Shown piece after piece: positions 8,718 through 17,700 of a stretch of DNA of 55,803 nucleotides. Every line of letters begins with the position of its first letter. The stretch's first letter is position 1. Location of the stretch: the IMG/VR virus record IMGVR_UViG_3300016472_000794, positions 1 to 55,803 of that record; one strand, 5' to 3'. The position numbers were made by a program, and so were the translations under genes. Source of the stretch: a virus. Lineage: Duplodnaviria > Caudoviricetes. The notes beneath the pieces were generated by a model. The model was given only the letters and a program-made list of their open reading frames with translations. It made no database searches and was not told where the DNA came from.

Positions 8718-8896
8718 GTGTTTCGTCCTTTGTGCATGAGGTAGGCGCCGTACAGCGCGGTGAGGATGGAGGCCGCGATGGGCGCCTCCATCGAAGCGAG
8801 CCCGGCGATCCGAACGGCGCCGGCGGCCCCGGCGGCCATGCCGCCAAGCGCCACGAAGATCCGCCCGATGCGGAGGAGGGCAGCGGCTCTGTTCAT
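8675..8896 (-). CDS. Small membrane protein
   Basis: Two hydrophobic segments; coupled start. Confidence 0.5.
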   Translation of the reverse strand: MNRAAALLRIGRIFVALGGMAAGAAGAVRIAGLASMEAPIAASILTALYGAYLMHKGRNTCPRDTLQNPSANT

Positions 8897-9183
8897 TGCC
8901 GCTGTCCCGGCGGCTCCTGCAGCGCCTCACCCCTGCGCGCCAATTCCACGCGTTCGGGCGTCGGCATGTAGAAGCGCCGCGCGTGCCGCATCGTCTCGGG
9001 GTCGCGCCACTCGGTGACGATCTCCTTCCGGCAGGCATAGCGCCGCAGGGCCCGATTCAGGTTCATCAGCAGCTCCTCGCCGAAGCGCAAGACCACGAAC
9101 AGCGCCGTGATTGCGATCAGCGCCAAGCCGACGCCAAAGACGCCCGCGAAAAAGAGGAGGAACACCTGCATTGCATCGTTCAT
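8893..9183 (-). CDS. Membrane-anchored hypothetical protein
   Basis: N-terminal TM (VFLLFFAGVFGVGLALIAITALFVVL); GGAG RBS. Confidence 0.6.
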   Translation of the reverse strand: MNDAMQVFLLFFAGVFGVGLALIAITALFVVLRFGEELLMNLNRALRRYACRKEIVTEWRDPETMRHARRFYMPTPERVELARRGEALQEPPGQRQ

Positions 9184-9431
9184 GGTCGTACTTGCTCCAT
9201 GGCGACCCGAAGGTCTCGGAATGCCGCGCGCAGCAGCGCGCCGCGGTCCTTCGTCTCTGGCAGGAAGTGCAGCTTCGCGTGCGCGCACCGGGCGGGCGAC
9301 ATCAGATCCGCCTGCGTCGGGTGGCTGGCGAGCAGGAGCGTCAGCGCGATCACCCGACGCCGGCGCGTGTCAGGGCGCTTGCGGAGCAACGCCTTCGCCG
9401 GGCGTCCGCGCATCCATCCTGGACCGCTCAT
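9180..9431 (-). CDS. Hypothetical protein
   Basis: ATGA-coupled on both sides. Confidence 0.5.
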   Translation of the reverse strand: MSGPGWMRGRPAKALLRKRPDTRRRRVIALTLLLASHPTQADLMSPARCAHAKLHFLPETKDRGALLRAAFRDLRVAMEQVRP

Positions 9432-9646
9432 GTCTCGCGCTCCATCTTTCGCAGCGATTTCTGGGCAGCGCGCCAGTCAAAGCCCGTTTCTTCCAGCTTC
9501 ATGCGGATTGCATTCACCAGATCCCACGACACGCCGCAGGTCAGGACGTACCTTGCCTGCCGCTTGGGCGCCTCGATGGCGATCAGCGCCGCCAGCTCCT
9601 CCAGCGTGTACATTTTCGCAAGTCGTTTTTCCGAGTCAGCGCTCAT
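9428..9646 (-). CDS. Hypothetical protein
   Basis: AAGGA RBS; coupled to neighbours. Confidence 0.55.
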   Translation of the reverse strand: MSADSEKRLAKMYTLEELAALIAIEAPKRQARYVLTCGVSWDLVNAIRMKLEETGFDWRAAQKSLRKMERET

Positions 9647-9740
9647 GGCGGTCGTCCTTGTCGCCTGACAGGCCGGTGACCATGTCCGCGATCTTGGCGA
9701 TCTTCTCCGCCTGAGTCAGGCGCTCCTCAATTTCACCCAT
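9636..9740 (-). CDS. Small hypothetical protein (34 aa)
   Basis: GGAGA RBS, MGEIEERLTQAEKIAKIADM. Confidence 0.45.
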   Translation of the reverse strand: MGEIEERLTQAEKIAKIADMVTGLSGDKDDRHER

Positions 9741-9754
9741 GATGCTGTCTCCAG

Positions 9755-9787
9755 AAAAGTTTGGGGCCCGCCCGAAGGCGGGCCCCA
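9755..9787 (-). terminator. Intrinsic terminator-like hairpin after the DUF932 gene
   Basis: Minus strand TGGGGCCCGCC-TTCG-GGCGGGCCCCA followed by AACTTTT. Confidence 0.7.
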
Positions 9788-9808
9788 GTTGCAGGCGGCG
9801 GTTTCGGT

Positions 9809-11050
9809 TTACGCCACCTTGTCCAGCATGCGGCCGGCGACCCGCTCCAGCGCCACGCGCTCGTCCTGGTGGCCGATCTCGCGGGCGACGGCGGTGATGC
9901 CTTGCGCCATGTCCCACACCGTGCGGGCCTTGCCGCCTTCCTCCTTTTCGAACACGTCGAGCACCCTCTTCGACTGGGCGCCGCTCAGGCCGCGGTTCTT
10001 GAGGAACTCAAGCGCCGATTCCTGATCGCTGGCGACCTTGGCCTTCTGCGCGGCGGCGACCGCCTCGATCAGGCGCGCGTCCGAGCGGTTGGTCAGCTCG
10101 ATCAGCGCAGGCTGAGCCTCCGCAATGAAGCGGGCAGGGGCGTTCTTGGAGTGCCGCATCGAGAGCTTCTCGAAGCCCTCCACGCCCCACATGATGCGGT
10201 TGCAGCAGAGCGCGCGCAGGTAGAACGTGGCCAGCGTCATCGCGCCGGCGCCAACTTCCGAGTTCGACACATAGAAGCCCCGGAAGAGGATGTCGTCCTC
10301 GCCGTTCCGCGCCTTGCCGACCACGATGGGGTTGCGGTCATCGACGAGGAAGATGAACACGTCCCGGTCGCTGGCGTAGAGCGTGGTGGTGTCCTTCGTG
10401 GGCGCGACGTTCGGGTTGTAGACCATCGTGCGCCAGTCCATGACGCCCGGGATCTTCCAGCGGGTGTCGCCGGTGCCGTTGCCCGCAACCTGACGCACCG
10501 CCTCAACCACCTCGTGATCGAAGATGCGGCCATAGTCGGGGCCCGTTGCGGCGCGCAGATCGAGGCCCGGGCGCTCATAGAGCTTCACCTGCTCGACGGT
10601 GCGCAGATAGCGCAGGCCGTAGTTCAGGTTGTCGGCGACGATCTGCGAGGGCAGCTTGCGCAGGTAGCCCGCGGGCGCGCCGGCAAGACCGGCGAGCTGG
10701 CCGAACGACCAGTGCGTGGGCTCGCTTTCGACGCCATCCGGGCCGCCGATCTTGAGGACGTGGGTGTCCTCCACCGTCTCCGGAACCGGCGCGATGAACT
10801 CCACCTTGCGGGTGTCGACCGTGCGCTGCGTGGTCTCGTCGGCGCGGCGGCGCACGGAGCGCTGCAGGTCATCGAGCGACAGGAAACGCTCGTCCGACGG
10901 ACGACGGAACCATTGGTTGGACAGCTCCATGCGGGACTGGCCGCCGTTCAGGTTGGCGACCTTGAACGAACCGTCGGCGTTCACCGACGCCGGGCGGGCG
11001 CTGTCGAACGGGGTGGCTTCGCTGCGGTCGAGGATCTGGACTTCAGTCAT
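9809..11050 (-). CDS. DUF932-family phage/plasmid protein
   Basis: QWFRRPSDERF, PTHWSFGQL, YGRIFD, LYASDRDVFIFLVD, RGFYVSNSEVG, CCNRIMWG motifs. Confidence 0.85.
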   Translation of the reverse strand: MTEVQILDRSEATPFDSARPASVNADGSFKVANLNGGQSRMELSNQWFRRPSDERFLSLDDLQRSVRRRADETTQRTVDTRKVEFIAPVPETVEDTHVLKIGGPDGVESEPTHWSFGQLAGLAGAPAGYLRKLPSQIVADNLNYGLRYLRTVEQVKLYERPGLDLRAATGPDYGRIFDHEVVEAVRQVAGNGTGDTRWKIPGVMDWRTMVYNPNVAPTKDTTTLYASDRDVFIFLVDDRNPIVVGKARNGEDDILFRGFYVSNSEVGAGAMTLATFYLRALCCNRIMWGVEGFEKLSMRHSKNAPARFIAEAQPALIELTNRSDARLIEAVAAAQKAKVASDQESALEFLKNRGLSGAQSKRVLDVFEKEEGGKARTVWDMAQGITAVAREIGHQDERVALERVAGRMLDKVA

Positions 11051-11107
11051 GGTAGGCTTCCTTGAGAGGGTTGCTTTGACGCCGGCGGTCGTCCCGTCGA
11101 CCACCTT

Positions 11108-11139
11108 CAAATAGGACGTCTATTTTTCCCGGTCAAGCC
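11108..11139 (-). promoter_or_regulatory. Early promoter/operator, copy 2
   Basis: Minus strand GCTTGACC-GGGAAAAATAGACGTCC-TATTTG (TTGACC-N17). Confidence 0.75.
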
Positions 11140-11359
11140 CGCCGATCAAAATTTCTTCGCGCTCCCATGTCGGGGGTCCATAGTGGACGCCCAGCAGGGC
11201 TCCGTTTTCGTCGCGCATCTCCATCCAGGCGCATCGCTGGCCGGCGCGTCGCACCCACGCCCAGGCTCGCTCGGGGTCCTCGAACCGGCGGGCGCCTTCC
11301 ACGCCGCCCAGACTCATCCAGGTGACGTCGACCATTGATCTCTCCGCCCGGGCCGCCAT
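11120..11359 (-). CDS. Hypothetical protein
   Basis: ORF track; a GGAGAG RBS suggests the start is at MVDVTW. Confidence 0.5.
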   Translation of the reverse strand: MAARAERSMVDVTWMSLGGVEGARRFEDPERAWAWVRRAGQRCAWMEMRDENGALLGVHYGPPTWEREEILIGGLDREK

Positions 11360-11371
11360 ATTCTAGACGTC

Positions 11372-11584
11372 ATGTCCCCGACTCCACGACCCACTGCCAA
11401 GACATCCCGCCAAGGCTCGGCGATGTCGCTGCGCCTGTCGGACGCAGAGATCGACGCAGCCGGCCGCCTGAAGCGCTCGGACGAGACCGTCCAGGCCTTC
11501 CTGCGCAGGCTTCTGCGCGAAACCGCGCGCCGCCGCGGCGTTTCGATTCCGCCGCCCCGCGGGCGCGGGCGCCCCACGACCTGA
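11372..11584 (+). CDS. Ribbon-helix-helix-like DNA-binding protein, candidate repressor; possibly leaderless
   Basis: MSLRLSDAEIDAA...ETVQAFLRRLLRE strand-helix-helix pattern. Lone + strand gene in the minus arm. TTGATC-N18-TATTCT ends 7 nt before the ATG, and TAGACGTC abuts the ATG. Confidence 0.6.
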   Translation: MSPTPRPTAKTSRQGSAMSLRLSDAEIDAAGRLKRSDETVQAFLRRLLRETARRRGVSIPPPRGRGRPTT

Positions 11585-11588
11585 TCCA

Positions 11589-11972
11589 TCAGGACCGTGG
11601 CCGCTTGGGGAAGGGGCGGGAGGGGATTTTTCGCGTGCCCTTCGGCGGCCACGGATTGACGCGCGCCGGGATCTGTTTGGTGGCGCCCCGGGCCCGACGC
11701 GCCTGCTGCCCTGTCTCACCCGCCTGACGCTTCGCCTTGGCGATCTGCGTCAGATCCCGCGCGGTCTTCTCTGAGGCGCACGTCTTCCGCCAGAGCGCAT
11801 CGGGCTTCTCCTCATTGCCCATCGCCACGGGCATCGTGTGCTCGGCGATCACACCCTCCTCGGCGCCCAGGGCGACGCCGCACCCGCAGGCGCAGACGCC
11901 GCCCTGGCGCTCGAACATGGCTGCATGCTCCTTGACTGTGAGCGAGCGCCGGCGGAACGGCGACCTAGACAC
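11589..11972 (-). CDS. HNH-like endonuclease, degenerate
   Basis: RQGGVCACGCG...EHTMPVAMG...C..EKTARD..IAKAKR pattern of phage HNH proteins; some catalytic residues look altered. Confidence 0.65.
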   Translation of the reverse strand: MSRSPFRRRSLTVKEHAAMFERQGGVCACGCGVALGAEEGVIAEHTMPVAMGNEEKPDALWRKTCASEKTARDLTQIAKAKRQAGETGQQARRARGATKQIPARVNPWPPKGTRKIPSRPFPKRPRS

Positions 11973-12684
11973 GCTCAACAAAGCCCGCAGGCATCGCCGG
12001 GCCCACCGCGACGCCGCCCGCCGCGCGGCGCTCGGCGGTCTCCGGCTCGCCATCATAGCCCAATCCGAGGTCGCGGCAATAGTCCGCCCAGATCAGACGG
12101 ATGGTTGCGCCGCCAAACCCATAGGTCTTGGTGATCGCGCTGAAGGCGCCGCTACGCTCATTGTCCGGCCCGCCGTGGCGCAAAAGGATGCGGATCACAT
12201 CCGCGATCACCCACCGCGGCGCCCGCGCATAATGCTGCCCGCGCGCGCTGCGCCAGACGCCGCCATCCGGCATGTGCGGCTCGCTGGCGACCGCCTCACG
12301 AATCCGCGCAAACCGGCCCGCGCCAAGGGACACAGAGCCCGTCGGCTTCTGCATCAGATTGTCACCCAGGTGGGGGAGACCCAGTTTCCGCACCGCCTCG
12401 TCGCGCTCTCGTGTCAGGCGCTCAATCGCCTCTGCCGCGCGAGCCGCCTCTTCGGCAAGCCGCTGCTCGATGCGCTCGGAGATGAGCGACTCCAGCGCAG
12501 CCATCGCCTTCTCTTCCGCAACGCAGGCGATCCGCTGGCAGATCGCCAACCAGCGGCTCGACAAATCTATGTCGTCTTGTGCGTTGGAATGCCGCTCCGC
12601 AACGTCGATGGCGTCCACGTGTTCAACGCCGAGCGCCTTCAGCGCGGTGACTGTCTCGATCCAGTGTCTCAAATGCGTCGTCAT
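11965..12684 (-). CDS. Hypothetical protein with coiled coil
   Basis: AGGAGGAG RBS before MTTHLRHW. Confidence 0.6.
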   Translation of the reverse strand: MTTHLRHWIETVTALKALGVEHVDAIDVAERHSNAQDDIDLSSRWLAICQRIACVAEEKAMAALESLISERIEQRLAEEAARAAEAIERLTRERDEAVRKLGLPHLGDNLMQKPTGSVSLGAGRFARIREAVASEPHMPDGGVWRSARGQHYARAPRWVIADVIRILLRHGGPDNERSGAFSAITKTYGFGGATIRLIWADYCRDLGLGYDGEPETAERRAAGGVAVGPAMPAGFVERV

Positions 12685-13201
12685 TCTGCTCCTCCTGTCT
12701 GACAGACTCGATGAGCGCCGCCGCCGCAACAATGATGTCGGGGTGCCACGCTTCAAGCAACGCCAACGCGGCCTCGCTCTCCTTCTCCGGCGTCACACGC
12801 AATCCGTTCCAGCGCAACAGGCGCTGGCGTGCAAAGCCGGTAATCACGCGGGACAGATCGCCGAGGCCGCCGCCGCTCCTTGGGTCAGAAATCACCACCT
12901 CGGTCGGTCTGGGTGGCGCCGTCTGTCGATACCCTCGCTTCTCGCCAGATGACCGCCTGCCGTCGTCCTCGCGCGCGGCGCCCATCTCGCGCAAGAGGCG
13001 GCGTAGATCCTGCACCGCATTGGCGGCGCAATCATCAATGTTTCTGGGCGTCGAGGACGACACCAGCAGCCGGTGCTGGTCGCCGTACCGGATGCGCGCC
13101 CGCGGGTGAGCGCCGGGCGGCTCCTCCTGCATCGAGGCGCCCGGCCAGCTCTTGATTTCGGCTTCCAGCGCGACGCGAACAGGGCGCAATAGCTGGCTCA
13201 T
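12623..13201 (-). CDS. Protein with an N-terminal HicA-like domain
   Basis: GAHPRARIRYG...SSTPRN...NAVQDLRRLL resembles the HicA G-x-H fold; GAGGTG RBS. Confidence 0.5.
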   Translation of the reverse strand: MSQLLRPVRVALEAEIKSWPGASMQEEPPGAHPRARIRYGDQHRLLVSSSTPRNIDDCAANAVQDLRRLLREMGAAREDDGRRSSGEKRGYRQTAPPRPTEVVISDPRSGGGLGDLSRVITGFARQRLLRWNGLRVTPEKESEAALALLEAWHPDIIVAAAALIESVRQEEQNDDAFETLDRDSHRAEGARR

Positions 13202-13209
13202 GGATCACC

Positions 13210-13602
13210 TCACGGATAGCAGGCTGGCGAGAACTCGACGCCGTGCTCCGCGGCGAACGCTGAAATCAGCTCGATGAGCGCGCTCATCTCGGCGACGGTC
13301 ATCTGCGACGTCGACAGCCCGAGCGGCACCAGCGTCCCGGCGTCCAGACCCGGCACCACGCGGGCCTTGCGCAGGCTCGCAGTGAACACCGTCTTCCAGT
13401 CGTCCGGCGTCAGCTTCTGATCGTACCATTCGACCTGCTCGCTGATCTCGGACAGCATCGCCCAGAGCTTGGCGTTCTGCTCCAGGGTCCGCGTCCGGTC
13501 GCTGATCCGCACCACCTTGCCGTCAGGCGCTAGCCTGACCGCCTCCAGTGCGTTCGGTCGCGCGCGCGGATGGGCGCCGAGAATGAAGATCTGCGCGGTC
13601 AT
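13210..13602 (-). CDS. ninB: NinB/Orf recombination protein
   Basis: RTLEQNAKLWAML...WKTVF...STSQMTVAEMSALIELISAFAAEHGV. Confidence 0.9.
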   Translation of the reverse strand: MTAQIFILGAHPRARPNALEAVRLAPDGKVVRISDRTRTLEQNAKLWAMLSEISEQVEWYDQKLTPDDWKTVFTASLRKARVVPGLDAGTLVPLGLSTSQMTVAEMSALIELISAFAAEHGVEFSPACYP

Positions 13603-14720
13603 GGCGCCACCTTGAGGCCGTTAATACGCTCCTCTTCCTGTAGCGCGAGCAGCTTGCTGCTATAGTCGCTGCGCAGCGTCTCGCGCTGCTCATCGCTCAG
13701 TGAGGCGAGGGTGGGCCTCGTCAAGGTTCGCAGCGCCCACGCCTTCAGATCCACGACGGACGTCTGCTGATACATCTCCTTGACCAGCCGGTCGACGAAT
13801 TGCTGACGGGAACTTGGCTCGGCCGCCTGCCCATCTTCGCCCGAAGGGGCGGGCCCATCAGCCCCGCCCGCCCCTTGGGCCGGCGGCGAGGGATCTCGCA
13901 GCCGATTGTAGATCTCTTCCAGTCCGTACTGCGCGTTGGAGCTAAGGCGGCTCCGGCCGGGGATGTCGACCATCCATTGCGCGTCGAGGGCGTCGATTCC
14001 GTGCGCTGCCGCGCGCTCCAGCGCTTCTGCCATCAGCGAGACAGCGTCCCGTCGCCCGGCGCCGCGCAGAAACCCCGTTCCCTCCAGCGGCGTCGGTGTT
14101 GGGCGCCAGACGCCCGGGGTCTCTTCCGGAGGTTCCTCGGCGGGCGTCTCCGCCGCCTGTGCGCCACGCACCTCCTGTGGCTGCTGCGCAGGCTTGTCAT
14201 CCAGCAGGTCAAGCGCCTCCTCGTAGGAGAGGGTGACCACCGCATAGGCGGGGTAGCAGGTGACGCACCCCTCCGACCAGACGCGTGACCGCAACATCGC
14301 CCGCGGGTTGGTGACCCAGGCCTGCTTGGGTTTCGGCTTGCCGCTGTCGTCGAGCTTGATAAGCCCCGCATTGCGCGCCTGCTGAATCGTCCACTCAATC
14401 GTGACGTCTGAGCCCTTCGGGTGCGTGAACCGCGCCCGCGCCACCGAGTCGGTCAGTTCTTCCCAATCAATTCTGCCGCCGGAGGCGATGAAGCGCTCGG
14501 CGATCTTCACCGCCTTGCGCGACGGTTTCCCGTCAATGATGTGATACTCCATCATCGCGGCGCCGACAGGAATCCCCTCGGCCTCCGCCAGCATGATGAG
14601 GCTCATCGCTTCATGGGGCGTCTTGCAGCCGAAGAAGCCGGAGGCGGCGAACGACTTCGCCAATTCGAACCGATCCTTGAGGTCGTAGTTCGGAACGGTG
14701 ACGGCTCGGGATTCAGTCAT
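13599..14720 (-). CDS. RecT/Red-beta-like single-strand annealing protein
   Basis: IIDGKPS, WTIQQARNAGL, WVTNPRAMLRSR motifs; adjacent to ninB. Confidence 0.75.
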   Translation of the reverse strand: MTESRAVTVPNYDLKDRFELAKSFAASGFFGCKTPHEAMSLIMLAEAEGIPVGAAMMEYHIIDGKPSRKAVKIAERFIASGGRIDWEELTDSVARARFTHPKGSDVTIEWTIQQARNAGLIKLDDSGKPKPKQAWVTNPRAMLRSRVWSEGCVTCYPAYAVVTLSYEEALDLLDDKPAQQPQEVRGAQAAETPAEEPPEETPGVWRPTPTPLEGTGFLRGAGRRDAVSLMAEALERAAAHGIDALDAQWMVDIPGRSRLSSNAQYGLEEIYNRLRDPSPPAQGAGGADGPAPSGEDGQAAEPSSRQQFVDRLVKEMYQQTSVVDLKAWALRTLTRPTLASLSDEQRETLRSDYSSKLLALQEEERINGLKVAP

Positions 14721-15219
14721 CGGCCCGCTCCCTTTCGGCGATCAGCTCGTCGATGAGCTTCAGCGCCAGCGATTGATGTTCGGCGTAACCTTCGGCGATG
14801 AAGGTGATGGCGGCGGCGACGCGACCATCCAAGAAACCCTTGGCAACGGCCTCCAGCAACCCTCCGGGTTGAACGTCCTCCTCGATGTAGCGCGCGGTTC
14901 CGGAGTTCACAAATCGGTCCACATACCAGCGCGCTTTTCTCAGGTCCTCCAGCGCATCGCCCTTGAGTCCGGCGCGCCAGAGATACTTGATCGCGTTCCC
15001 CTGACAAAACCCCAGCTGCTCGACCAGGTCGATGCACTCGATGCCGCCGGGATGTGCTGTGTAGTGCGATGGCTGATTCACCGAGTCGCTCACGATGGGC
15101 ACTCCATATTTGGCCAACTGCTTCCTGCCGCCAAGCGCTGCAATGAGCGTTTCCCGAAAGCGACGCGCCTCTATTTTCCCCGTCGGCGTTAGGGCGCGCG
15201 CCCTCACGACGACTTTCAT
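14713..15219 (-). CDS. DUF3310 protein (T7 gp1.7-like nucleotide kinase family)
   Basis: VNQPSHY...ECID...FCQGNAIKYLWRAGLKG..EDLRKARWY. Confidence 0.85.
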   Translation of the reverse strand: MKVVVRARALTPTGKIEARRFRETLIAALGGRKQLAKYGVPIVSDSVNQPSHYTAHPGGIECIDLVEQLGFCQGNAIKYLWRAGLKGDALEDLRKARWYVDRFVNSGTARYIEEDVQPGGLLEAVAKGFLDGRVAAAITFIAEGYAEHQSLALKLIDELIAERERADD

Positions 15220-15308
15220 CCGTCGCCCCGGCGCTGCACAGCTGCCCCAATGAGCAGGCCCCACGCGAAGACGACGATGGCACACACGATTCCGCTGAGA
15301 ACCGCCAT
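15216..15308 (-). CDS. 30-aa single-TM peptide (not in the ORF track)
   Basis: MAVLSGIVCAIVVFAWGLLIGAAVQRRGDG; GAGGAG RBS; TGATG and ATGA overlaps. Confidence 0.55.
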   Translation of the reverse strand: MAVLSGIVCAIVVFAWGLLIGAAVQRRGDG

Positions 15309-16015
15309 CAGACGCTCCTCGCAATGGAAACCGCGATGCCGGGAATGCCGCACGGATCTCCCTTGGCGGCGCGCACCTGCGCCTGCGCGAGCCGCGTGGC
15401 CACAGAGACAATGTCGGCGTGCCTTGCGTAGTGCAGCACCAGCGCCTCCGGGTCGACGACCTCCACGACGTAGGAGGTCTTCAGGCCGAGCGCGCGACGC
15501 CCGCCGCCGACGATTTTCGGCGGGTTGTCCGCGATTGCTCCAGCGTCCTTGGCGCGGTGAAACGCCCGTTCAGCCTCCCGCATTCTGTCGAACGCCGTGA
15601 ACGGGTCTTCGACGTCTTCGACGGCGCGCTCCTCGGCGGCCTCCGCCTGTCGCCGGGCTTCTTCAGCTTCGGCGCGCCGGCGCTGCTCCTCGCGCAGCAG
15701 ATAGGCGCTGATGCGCCGCTTCAACCCCTCGACCGCGCTCGACCCTCGACCGATGAGCCCCTGCCAGTACCCGTTGATCCGGCGCTGCTCCTCCAGATGC
15801 GGGCGCACCGCATCCGTGCGGCGCTTCTCGAACTGTTGCCGCAGGCTGATTTCGCGCTCCACCAACGCACGCGCCTGAACGACCGTGGACGCATCCAGCT
15901 CTCCGGGTGGCAGCGCCGCTATCGCGCGCTCCAGCGCCTGCACCTCCAGCTCTTCATCCGGCGGCGGCTTGTTGTGTCCGAGCGCGCCTTCGGCGCCTGC
16001 TTCCATCCCTGTCAT
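15308..16015 (-). CDS. Coiled-coil protein of the recombination module
   Basis: GHNKPP N-terminus, long coiled coil, C-terminal IPGI; GGAGGA RBS. Confidence 0.6.
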   Translation of the reverse strand: MTGMEAGAEGALGHNKPPPDEELEVQALERAIAALPPGELDASTVVQARALVEREISLRQQFEKRRTDAVRPHLEEQRRINGYWQGLIGRGSSAVEGLKRRISAYLLREEQRRRAEAEEARRQAEAAEERAVEDVEDPFTAFDRMREAERAFHRAKDAGAIADNPPKIVGGGRRALGLKTSYVVEVVDPEALVLHYARHADIVSVATRLAQAQVRAAKGDPCGIPGIAVSIARSV

Positions 16016-16110
16016 TGCATCCTCCGGGCAGACCCTTGCGCATTAGACGTCTGAGGTCAACATCTGGACATCAGACGAGGTGATTCGCTACATGGGTTCA
16101 AGACGTCCAA
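16016..16110. promoter_or_regulatory. Divergent control region with AGACGTC boxes
   Basis: Strand switch point; TAGACGTCT at 16044-16052, AGACGTCC at 16101-16108, partial TCAGACG at 16071. Confidence 0.6.
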
Positions 16111-16358
16111 TTTACAACCCAGAGGAATTTGAGGTGATGGGGTGCATCGCGCGAGGGGAGGGATGCCCGCCGCACCTGCGCCACTGCCTGCCGCTGCTCG
16201 CGGCGACGGGGTGTCTGCGTCGCTATGACGGGCCGCCCATGGAGGGTATGGAGGGGCGATACCTGATGACTTTTGCGGGGCGGGAGTTCTACGCCGAGCA
16301 GGCGGGCGAAACCTGGATCAGGGACCGCAAGGTCGAGGAGGCGATGAATGTCGGATGA
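16080..16358 (+). CDS. Hypothetical protein (winged-helix-like)
   Basis: First rightward ORF; YLMTFAGREF wing-like motif. Confidence 0.5.
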   Translation: MIRYMGSRRPIYNPEEFEVMGCIARGEGCPPHLRHCLPLLAATGCLRRYDGPPMEGMEGRYLMTFAGREFYAEQAGETWIRDRKVEEAMNVG

Positions 16359-16746
16359 CCTTTACACGCGCAAGGCGGAGCCAGTGCGCGCGGTGCGGTG
16401 GATGAAGCGGGGTGACGCGCGGATCTTCGGCGCCGCGGTCGAGGAGGCGGAGTCCCATTTCCATCTGGCGGGCGCAGGATGGTGCAAAGCTGGCGACTGG
16501 ATTGTCGAGATCGGCGCCGGTCAGCTCGTCCACATGACCGACGATCAGTTCACCTGCCTGTACGAGTCCTACGATCCGCGGCCGAGCTTCACGCTGAAGC
16601 CCAGCGATCCGCTGGCGCCGGACACGATCCGGCACTGGATCTCGCTGGCGATCCTGTCGAATGTGCCGGAGGCCAAGATCAGCGCTGCGCAGGCGGTGGT
16701 CGAAAACATCGAGCGGTCGCCGGGCCGCCGCCACTATCCGGATTGA
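16348..16746 (+). CDS. Hypothetical phage protein
   Basis: YTRKAEPVRAVRW...GDWIV...F...YE domain (motif pattern seen in Tad2-related phage proteins, unverified) fused to an FTLKPSDPLAP domain. Confidence 0.6.
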   Translation: MSDDLYTRKAEPVRAVRWMKRGDARIFGAAVEEAESHFHLAGAGWCKAGDWIVEIGAGQLVHMTDDQFTCLYESYDPRPSFTLKPSDPLAPDTIRHWISLAILSNVPEAKISAAQAVVENIERSPGRRHYPD

Positions 16747-16749
16747 AGC

Positions 16750-16992
16750 ATGAAAGACGGACAATTCCTGCGCGACGCAGGCATCGCGCCGATTATGCGC
16801 GCCGCCTTTCTGATTGTCTCAGTGGGGCTATTGCTGACGTTTTTGTTGTCCGTCTTGTTCCTGCCGCGGCCCGTTTCCGACGTACAAAGTTTTCGCGCCA
16901 TCGCCATCGTGGCCGCGGCGGCGATATGCTTCATCGCGTCGCGACCAAATCCTTGCACAAGGTCCACACAATGTGAGGAGCCCCAGCCATGA
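16750..16992 (+). CDS. Small two-TM membrane protein
   Basis: Two hydrophobic segments. Confidence 0.5.
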   Translation: MKDGQFLRDAGIAPIMRAAFLIVSVGLLLTFLLSVLFLPRPVSDVQSFRAIAIVAAAAICFIASRPNPCTRSTQCEEPQP

Positions 16993-17089
16993 CCCCGCCC
17001 GACCGCGCCGCGCTGGCGGGCAACGCTCCCGCCGGGCGCGTGGGCGGGGTTTTGCAGGCGGTTTTGGCGTTCTGTTGTGGAGACCGGCC

Positions 17090-17269
17090 ATGAAAAGCGA
17101 CCTGATCGACTTCGCGGTGCAGCTTCATCACGAAACCGAAAAAGCGTGGCTCGTCTCTGACGATGGCGAGCGAGACCACGCCGTCTGGATCCCGAAATCG
17201 CAAGCCGAACTGGCCGACGGCGTGCTGACCCTCCCTGAATGGCTGGCCACCGACAAAGGACTGATCTGA
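17090..17269 (+). CDS. Conserved small phage protein (ETEKA...WIPKSQ type)
   Basis: HETEKAWLV...WIPKSQ...LPEWLATDKGLI. Confidence 0.75.
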   Translation: MKSDLIDFAVQLHHETEKAWLVSDDGERDHAVWIPKSQAELADGVLTLPEWLATDKGLI

Positions 17270-17700
17270 TGACCGACCGTCAAATCTTTGGCTGGACGCC
17301 GCCCAATCCCCCGTCTGGCATGGTTGGGTACGTGGCGGCCCACTACCTGCCCGATCACACCAATCACTGGCCCGCCGACTTCGTGCGGCTGACAGTGCGC
17401 CCACATGGTCAGGAAAATCCGCCAACGGCAGAGATAGCGATGCCGCGCGACCAGGCGCTCAATCTCGCGGACATGATCGTCGCCAACGCGCATCCGACGT
17501 TGGAAGGCAATGTCGGCGAAGACGCCATTCTGAAGTTTTTCGCTTACGAGCACCTTCCCGAACACCTGCAGCCGCACTCGCGGATGTTTGCGCTTCTGGC
17601 GCAGCGGCTGCTGATGCTGCCCCGAAGCGCCGAACGCACCGTCGCCCTGCGCAAGCTGCTGGAGGCGAAAGATGCCGGGGTGCGGGCGGCTCTTCCATGA
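17269..17700 (+). CDS. Protein with a C-terminal helical hairpin, Acb2/Tad1-like candidate
   Basis: ILKFFAYEHLPEHLQ..S..F..LA...LP..AERTVALRKLLEAKDAGVRA. Confidence 0.55.
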   Translation: MTDRQIFGWTPPNPPSGMVGYVAAHYLPDHTNHWPADFVRLTVRPHGQENPPTAEIAMPRDQALNLADMIVANAHPTLEGNVGEDAILKFFAYEHLPEHLQPHSRMFALLAQRLLMLPRSAERTVALRKLLEAKDAGVRAALP

